From assembly GCA_024626585.2 (NCBI GenBank), contig JANKJI020000002.1, positions 50,439,176-50,456,173 on the forward strand: a stretch of DNA of 16,998 bases. The letters run 5' to 3'. The DNA comes from Ginkgo biloba (Eukaryota; Plantae; Ginkgophyta). Under the pieces are notes generated by a model. The model saw only the letters and a program-made list of their open reading frames with translations. It did no database searches and was not told where the DNA came from. The number at the start of each line of letters is the position of its first letter. The first letter of the stretch is position 1. The position numbers were made by a program, and so were the translations under genes. Positions 8,347 through 14,589 of this stretch are shown piece after piece.

Positions 8347-11300
8347 GTATTAATTTCCTTCCTAATGACATTAATATGTTTTAATTTCTAATTTCGATTG
8401 CTTTTCCAAGTCATGATGTTTTCTCTTCTTTCCTTTTTCTTTTATCCCGCAGCGTGCACGAAACTTGATTTATGTGCCTGTCAGAGCTCAGGCTCTTGAT
8501 CTTAAGCGTACTATACATGAAAATCCCAGCTCAGAACTGGCGGTAGTTGAACGTGAGAAGGATGAGGAAGCAGAGGAGAAAATTGATCCACCTTCGTTTA
8601 AATACGTCGAACCTTTATATTCGCCTATGCAACCCAAGGTCAGTAACGGCTACAACATTCATTATATAGATCGACCAGCGAGGAATATTTGATCGAGTAA
8701 ATATTAAGATGATGTGCTCATGTGAAATCATTTTTATTGCTTATGAATCAAGTTTGATGCAGGTAAAGCTCTCCCTAAAGAAATACTTCGCTGACTTGTT
8801 GAAAGTTACACGGGAGAGATTATTAAGTGCATTTGTGGACTTAACATATCAGTTTTCAGATCAGCCTACGCTCTATTCTCAGGTTTGGTCTCACATATAA
8901 ACACTTGACTGCACTTTAATTTACTATTTGGTTGTCATTGTTATAACTGAGTTATATGGCTCGTGGAGTATTTGTGTATAAGAATTGGAGTTAAATTCAG
9001 TGCTCGATTGAAATGAGAAAACTACGTTATATATATACATGCTTGGAATCACCGATTTCTAGTTTATTTGTGCAGAGAAATTTTGCGCCTGTAAATGAGA
9101 TCGGTAAAAGGGTGCCAATGAGCCAATTGAAGGAGCAATACCAGTTGATTTTCCCAAAGGAGTCTATATCAGAAACGGTACAATATTTATTTTGCTCTGG
9201 AAAAAACAATTTATCTATAATATGTTGTCATAAAAAGTTATAGTATAAAATGCTGTTATGGCATTCTGCCAGGTCCCAATCCCCAGTTCGGAGCGAAATC
9301 CTCAATCTCGCCTTTTGGAAAGACAACGTCCATCTGGTTCGAAGGCGATGGAATGCTTCATGCAGTCTACTTCGACAGAGACGGCAGCGTGTGGTACATG
9401 AACAAGTACGTAGAATCCAGGACTTGGAAAATTGAAAAGGAAAAAGGAAAGCCGGAGTTCATTCCCGCGATCGAAGGCGATCCAAAAGCAATTAATGCTG
9501 CTTTTCTTCTCAATCAGGCGAGGACAGCATTCCCAAATCAGATGCCTGCAAAATATATATAGATAGATAGATAGATATTTCTGCCTATTTTTCAAACTTC
9601 TGATATTTTGCCATAACGTTTCTTTGACAGCTTCGGTTCGGTACACCAAACAAAGTGATAAACAATACAAATGTATTTCAGCATTCGGGGAGATTGTACG
9701 CGATCGCAGAAAATGACAAGCCCCACGAGATTCAAACCTCAGACCTGAGCACTTTGGACATCTGGGATGTCAATGGAGATTGGGATCGTCCATTTACTGC
9801 TCATCCAAAGGTATGAAAATTCTTTAAGCATACTGTTTTGTTGATAAATTTAATTGCCTAAATACAACGAGCAGATTGTTCAATTTTATTGTAATGCCTG
9901 TAATTTTACTGCAGACTGTTAAAGATACAGGCGAGATGGTTGTCATCGGACTGGATCCTCAGAAGCCTTATTATGTCCTCGGAGTAATTTCCGGTACATG
10001 TTTATAATTAATTAAAAATTAAGTCGATCCCTTGAAAATTTAGAACTGTATTAATCGGACCAGTATTGATCTCTATTTAATTTCCAGCGGATGGAGAGAA
10101 TTTGGTTCATAAAGTTGACTTGGGTCTAGATCGATGCATCCTTTCTCATGAGGTCGCCATTACAGAGCGGTAAGTGACTGCAATTTCTGAAAATTTTATT
10201 AATATCGTCGAATTAGCCTTCATCTCAATTTCTGAAAATTAAATTTGGAATGTTGCTTCATGGATCTGATGCCTTCATCACACCCATATTAATGTTCAGG
10301 TACAATATCATAAATGATTATCCGCTTACCTTAGATACAGCCAGAGTTACCCAAGGAGGCCCGTGAGTTCCATTCCTTCATTCGATCTGGTCTATGCACT
10401 GTTATAAATTATATATGTTTATATGTGAAAACATTTAATCTGATAATTAGTTTTAGCAGATTAATTAGATTTGAGGAGGACAGTTACGCTCGAATAGGAG
10501 TCATGCCTCGTTACGGAGATGCGGCCTCAATCAAGTGGTTTGACGTCGGAATCCACTGCACATTTCACATTGTCAATTCATTTGAAGATGGCGATGAAGT
10601 AATAATTAAGAACCAAATGATAGGATTTGCTAATTCTATATGTTTATGATGGAATGTTTGATAAAACTAGGCATGCTTGTAAACAATGGTATTGTTGCAT
10701 GATATATTTATGTACAAATACAGGTAGTATTACAAGGATGCCGAGCAAGCGGGTCTATAATCCCAGGGCCAAAACCAGGTGACAATAAACTAGAATGGTT
10801 CTCAAGAGCTTTTACACGGACAACTCCAGGAGAAGAAAAAGACCCTTCTGTGGATGGAGTTCTCTTTACTCGTTTATACGAATGGCGTTTGAACATGAAA
10901 CACGGTATGTTTTTCATAATTGATAATCTCGTTCTGATTGATAGATAGATATATGAAAGTGATTATACATTTTTATTTTTCTTCGATTAAAAAGGTAATG
11001 TGAAGGAAAGGTACATGACGGGCACTGAATTCTCGATGGATATGCCACGGATAAATAATAAATTTGTGGGACGCAAGAACAAATACGCCTATGCTCAAGT
11101 GATCGACAATGCAGCTACTTGTGAAGCAGGTATCCCATCCTTCCCTTCCCGGAATCAAAATCCAACTGAAAAGTATGAAGTTAAATTCTAAATATTTAAG
11201 ATTTCGCACTCTTCATTTGCATTATTATAATTCTCGTGTGTCTTTCTTCGAAATTTGCAGGAATGCCCAAGTATGGGAAGTATGTGAAGCTCCATTTGAC

Positions 11301-11668
11301 AGAGAATGAGGATAAAGTAAGAGAGGAATGTAGCCCCATCAAAGTGGAATTTCATGACTTGGGTCCCAACAGATTTGGCTCTGAGCCAATGTTTGTGGAA
11401 AGACCCGGTGGCACTGAAGAAGACGATGGATGGATTGTGACGTTTATTCACGACGAGACAACTGATGCCTCAGAGGTAATCCTCCAAGCAATTTTCAGGA
11501 ATGAATATTTTTCGTCGTTCGTTAAAAAGGAAATAATTATTTATTTATGTACTGCAGGTCTACATAATTGAGGCACAAAAGTTCTGCGATCAGCCAACTG
11601 CGAGACTACATCTACCCCAAAGAGTTCCATATGGCTATCACAGTACCTTTCTTAAAAATGAAACATGA
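8196..11668 (+). CDS. CCD: Carotenoid cleavage dioxygenase (RPE65/CCD family, CCD-like/CCD10-type). 14 exons, 5'-partial, 1-bp frameshift in exon 4. join(<8196..8346,8453..8638,8763..8882,9076..9177,9273..9517,9631..9810,9915..9993,10088..10169,10300..10362,10460..10598,10724..10904,10995..11129,11261..11475,11558..11668)
   Basis: Manual splicing gives CCD motifs in the right order: NFAPV.EIG, IEG.IP.DFP.GVYIRNGPNP, WFEGDGMLHAVYF, NTNVFQHSGRLYAIAEN, FTAHPK, SHEVAITE, ARIGVMPRYGD, CTFHIVNSFEDGDE, LYEWRLN, GSEPMFV, EDDGWI, LPQRVPYGYH. The four Fe-ligand His codons are at 9802, 10147, 10566 and 11639. Intron phases are mutually consistent once one base is restored near 9125. Confidence 0.93.
8453..8638 (+). 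CDS. CCD: CCD exon 2
   Basis: ttttcttttatcccgcag|CGT ... AAG|gtcagt; 62 codons, RARNLIYVPVRAQALD...PMQPK, open and phase 0/0. Confidence 0.75.
8763..8882 (+). CDS. CCD: CCD exon 3
   Basis: tgcag|GTA ... CAG|gtttgg; VKLSLKKYFADLLKVTRERLLSAFVDLTYQFSDQPTLYSQ. The AFVD...F.DQP...SQ motif precedes NFAPV. Confidence 0.87.
9076..9177 (+). CDS. CCD: CCD exon 4 (contains a 1-nt deletion frameshift at about 9124-9126)
   Basis: tgcag|AGA AAT TTT GCG CCT GTA gives RNFAPVNEIGKRVPMS, then the conserved IEGAIPVDFPKGVYIRN-G continues in a different frame from 9126. Donor G|gtacaa at 9177/9178. Confidence 0.9.
9121..9401 (+). pseudogene. Frameshift lesion (about 9125) and resulting premature TGA (9399-9401) in the CCD gene; possible young pseudogene or null allele
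   Basis: Exon 4 is 102 nt but needs 103 to join phase-1 exon 5. As assembled, the spliced frame stops at 9399-9401, before any Fe-His. An assembly error cannot be excluded. Confidence 0.55.
9273..9517 (+). CDS. CCD: CCD exon 5 (GC donor)
   Basis: ccag|GT CCC AAT; (G)PNPQFGAKSSISPFGKTTSIWFEGDGMLHAVYF...PAIEGDPKAINAAFLLNQ; ends CAG|gcgagg. Confidence 0.9.
9631..9810 (+). CDS. CCD: CCD exon 6 (first Fe-His)
   Basis: tttgacag|CTT; LRFGTPNKVINNTNVFQHSGRLYAIAEN...WDRPFTAHPK; AAG|gtatga. Absent from the ORF track on this strand. Confidence 0.93.
9915..9993 (+). CDS. CCD: CCD exon 7
   Basis: ctgcag|ACT; TVKDTGEMVVIGLDPQKPYYVLGVIS; G|gtacat, phase 1. Confidence 0.9.
10088..10169 (+). CDS. CCD: CCD exon 8 (second Fe-His)
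   Basis: tttccag|CG; ADGENLVHKVDLGLDRCILSHEVAITER; CG|gtaagt, phase 2. Confidence 0.92.
10300..10362 (+). CDS. CCD: CCD exon 9
   Basis: ttcag|G; YNIINDYPLTLDTARVTQGGP; CC|gtgagt, phase 2. Confidence 0.9.
10460..10598 (+). CDS. CCD: CCD exon 10 (third Fe-His; NAGNAG acceptor)
   Basis: ttttagcag|A; LIRFEEDSYARIGVMPRYGDAASIKWFDVGIHCTFHIVNSFEDGDE; GAA|gtaata. Confidence 0.93.
10724..10904 (+). CDS. CCD: CCD exon 11
   Basis: tacag|GTA; VVLQGCRASGSIIPGPKPGDNKLEWFSRAF...DGVLFTRLYEWRLNMKH; G|gtatgt. Confidence 0.92.
10995..11129 (+). CDS. CCD: CCD exon 12
   Basis: Weaker AAG acceptor (ttaaaaag|GT); GNVKERYMTGTEFSMDMPRINNKFVGRKNKYAYAQVIDNAATCEA; G|gtatcc. Confidence 0.9.
11261..11475 (+). CDS. CCD: CCD exon 13
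   Basis: tttgcag|GA; GMPKYGKYVKLHL...FGSEPMFVERPGGTEEDDGWIVTFIHDETTDASE; GAG|gtaatc. Confidence 0.93.
11558..11668 (+). CDS. CCD: CCD exon 14 (fourth Fe-His, stop codon)
   Basis: ctgcag|GTC; VYIIEAQKFCDQPTARLHLPQRVPYGYHSTFLKNET, TGA at 11666-11668. Confidence 0.93.
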   Translation, partial: VYIIEAQKFCDQPTARLHLPQRVPYGYHSTFLKNET

Positions 11669-12019
11669 ATCTCAGTTAACAAGGTTTTGAGGCCCTCCAT
11701 AGGACAAATGTTGTCATTCCTTAGGCATCCTTTTTCTTTTTCTTTGTGTTTTCTTTGAATTATAATTCTCATTTATTATAAAAAAAAATGAAACTCACAA
11801 ACGTTATTAATCGTAGACCAAGCGGAAACCAAAAATACCCACCTCATTAGGCATCTTAGTTATCATACTATGTGACCAACTTGGCTACAAATGTTGCACT
11901 TAACATGTGGAAGACAAATAAAGGGGGCCATTGTACAAAATTTTACGCTTAGGCAATGTTATAAAACATGTCTCCTCTAAGTCTCCTTGAACAATCTCGA
12001 ATTAAGTTATGCTTGCGAG

Positions 12020-12178
12020 TCTTTGTAAATGTGGTATTTGTCCTTGTAAAAAAAAAAAAAAAACATATAGTATATTAATAAAAAAGGATGGTGTGGAATC
12101 TTTGTAAATAGGGTATTTATCCTTGTAATTTATTTTTAAAAGCATCTTATATTAATATAAAAGGACTATATGGCATCT
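12020..12178. repeat. Two-copy tandem repeat of about 78 bp downstream of the CCD gene, with an A16 run
   Basis: TCTTTGTAAAT..GGTATTT.TCCTTGTAA ... TATATTAATA.AAAAGGA starts at 12020 and again at 12099. Confidence 0.8.
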
Positions 12179-12752
12179 CTATCTCAATCAAGCTTGGAAG
12201 TTGGTGATCATGCTAGATATCTAAATTTTTATGACAATTTGAGTCGTAGTGTTAATGGTTTGAGCAATATTATGTAATGGAAATGGGAGACTGGTGAGCA
12301 TTAAGGCCCCCTTGCTATCTTGATATCCTATGACCTAGTCATTAATTGCATTTGGGAGATTTGTCTATGTTAGTTTTACTATTATGCGGTGTGATGAATT
12401 AAAATGAAGAGAAATGTTAGTGGTGTATACTATTTGTGAATCGTGTTGTGCAACTATGATACTACTAAATATGTACATGACTATGCAATATTGTTTAGAA
12501 CTCATAAATCTTTCATTTTACAATTAGGCTTGAAATTTAGTTTCTATTAAATATATGATTATAAGGCATTAGAATGATACGGTATTAATTCTTGCGGTAA
12601 GTTCATTATACTTTCAATTTGATTTACTAGCAAAGGTACTATGTTATGTTTCAAATCAAGTTGTGCATTAGTTCAAAGTTTCATTTTTGTGTTATTAATG
12701 TATAGTTAATAATATTACTTCAAGGTGAATAATTACGATGTTGGCATATTAT

Positions 12753-13600
12753 GGATTTGAATTATATTTAACTACTAAGTAATTAATCTATGGTTATTGT
12801 AAGGATGAGTAATAATAAATAACATGTGGTATTGGATTATTTTGAGAGGCTTGTTAAGTATAGTTGGAGCAACTTGCTTCAACATTATTCCATGGAATTT
12901 TGAAAGTTACATGCAATAAAATGGAATAGAATGGTAGTGTACTAGGTTTGAAGGTACACTTACTACCTATTATCTTGATGTTCCATGTTTAAATATTTTG
13001 TGGTATCTGGAAAAAAAATCTATGTTGGTTATTGTTGTTATATATCATGTAAAATAAATGGAGGGGGATTGTTCTAACCAAAAGGATAGCCTACATTACT
13101 TGGATTATTTATTTTTATNNNNNNNNNNNNNNNNNNNNNNNNNNNNNNNNNNNNNNNNNNNNNNNNNNNNNNNNNNNNNNNNNNNNNNNNNNNNNNNNNN
13201 NNNNNNNNNNNNNNNNNNGGATTTGAATATTATTTAACTACTAAGGTAATTAATCTATAATTGGTATAATTAATCTATTGTTATCGTAAGGATGAGTTAT
13301 AATAAATAACATGTGGTATTAGGATAATTTTGGGAGAGTCGTTAAGTATTGTTGGAGCAACTTGCTTCAACATTGCTCCATGGACTTTTGAAATATGCAT
13401 GCCTTAAAATAGAATAGAATGGGAGTGTACTAGGTTTGAAGACACACTTACTACCTACTATCTTGATGTTCCATTTTTACATTATTTAAGGCATTTGGAA
13501 AAATTATCTATGTTGGTTGTTGTTGTTATATAACATGCAAAAGAAATGGAGGGGGATTGTTCCAACCAAAAGGATAACCTAAATTACTTGGATTATTTTT
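12753..13600. repeat. Direct duplication of about 370-380 bp straddling a 100-N gap (12753-13118 and 13219-13600)
   Basis: Colinear throughout: GGATTTGAAT, AACATGTGGTATT, GTTGGAGCAACTTGCTTCAACATT, GTGTACTAGGTTTGAAG, AAATGGAGGGGGATTGTTC, ATTACTTGGATTATTT. Confidence 0.93.
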
Positions 13601-13948
13601 TGTTACTTCCCCTTTATTCTAAGTATGATACATATGGATTTTTTTTCTAACACTTAGAAATGTGATAAATTTAGAGTTTCTTGACATCATTTACGTGTAA
13701 CTAATTATTCACTCTCTTTTAATCTTATTTTTTAATGGATTCTCCTATAAATTCTATCATGGAGAAGAAACCCTAAATTATAATTAGACTTAATGGTCTC
13801 CTCTCTTTCTTGAGCATTTTTTTTATTTAAGGTCCCTATTAGGTCTCATTCCCATATAGTTAAGAGACCTATAGCAATTAGCATAAATGCCTATTTGGGC
13901 AAGTTTTTATTTTTAGAATTTCAAGTCTTTTCCAATCTATTTCTTTGT

Positions 13949-13994
13949 AAGTATACAAGCTTGGCCTTAAAAAAAAAAAAGTATACAAGTTTGG
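13949..13994 (+). mobile_element. Micro-insertion: CCTT + poly(A) flanked by a 16-bp direct repeat (TSD-like)
   Basis: AAGTATACAAGCTTGG-CCTT-A10-AAGTATACAAGTTTGG; the repeats match at 15/16. Confidence 0.55.
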
Positions 13995-14589
13995 AGGAGT
14001 AGAGAGAAAAGTTATCACCTCTATCTCAAACACAATAGAACCCAGTATATGCTAAAGGTTTACAATAGGTCCTCACCTATTTTGGAGGCCTAGACATCAA
14101 CTCTTTATTCTTAAATCAAAGATGTATTAATAAAGTTATGACTATTTTCATATAATTATGCATCTTATGTCTATTATATCTTGATTTCTTACTATGCAAA
14201 GTGTTGATAAAATCTCTCATTCACTCTATAAGAAGAAAACATTCATTTATAAGATAAAGATTCTATAAGTGCCTTATAGATAAATTATAGATATCATTAG
14301 CATCAAATAGAAAGCATTGTAGGTTAAGAAATAAGTGGAACTATTCTTAATTTACATTAATATTAACAAAAGAAGTGTACAATGAAAGATGTTAGTAAAA
14401 GAATAACTCAAGGAGAAGGAAAAGGGATGGGAATCTCCCTAAAGATAATTAAGTGAAATCTATAAACTCCTTCTTCCTTATGCATATCTACTAATTTGAT
14501 TAAATCCCTTGATATCTTATGGCATAATCTTTGTCTTCTTATTAGCATGAAATTCCTATAAAGTTTTTAATATANNNNNNNNNNNNNNT

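Noticed and set aside
10181-10279. Short repeats in intron 8 (CAATTTCTGAAAATT twice, GCCTTCATC twice) and (GATA)n runs in introns 5 and 11
   Set aside because: Real but ordinary slippage-type micro-duplications with no evidence of function.
9027-11451. Minus-strand ORFs 9027-9209, 9302-9670, 10708-10917, 10973-11209, 11188-11451 and off-frame plus ORFs 9250-9435, 11109-11309
   Set aside because: Antisense or alternate-frame shadows of the CCD exons, with no independent motifs or splice structure.
8196-11668. Assignment as NCED, CCD4, CCD7, CCD8 or true CCD1
   Set aside because: Thirteen introns argue against NCED/CCD4. The motifs (WFEGDGMLH, PAIEGD, LRFG, SIIPGP) and transit-like N-terminus differ from what I recall for CCD1, CCD7 and CCD8. 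Only the family-level symbol is given pending phylogeny.
12753-13600. LINE reverse-transcriptase relic (minus-strand LGYPFGWN)
   Set aside because: A single short motif resemblance with no supporting RT motifs; not enough to call.
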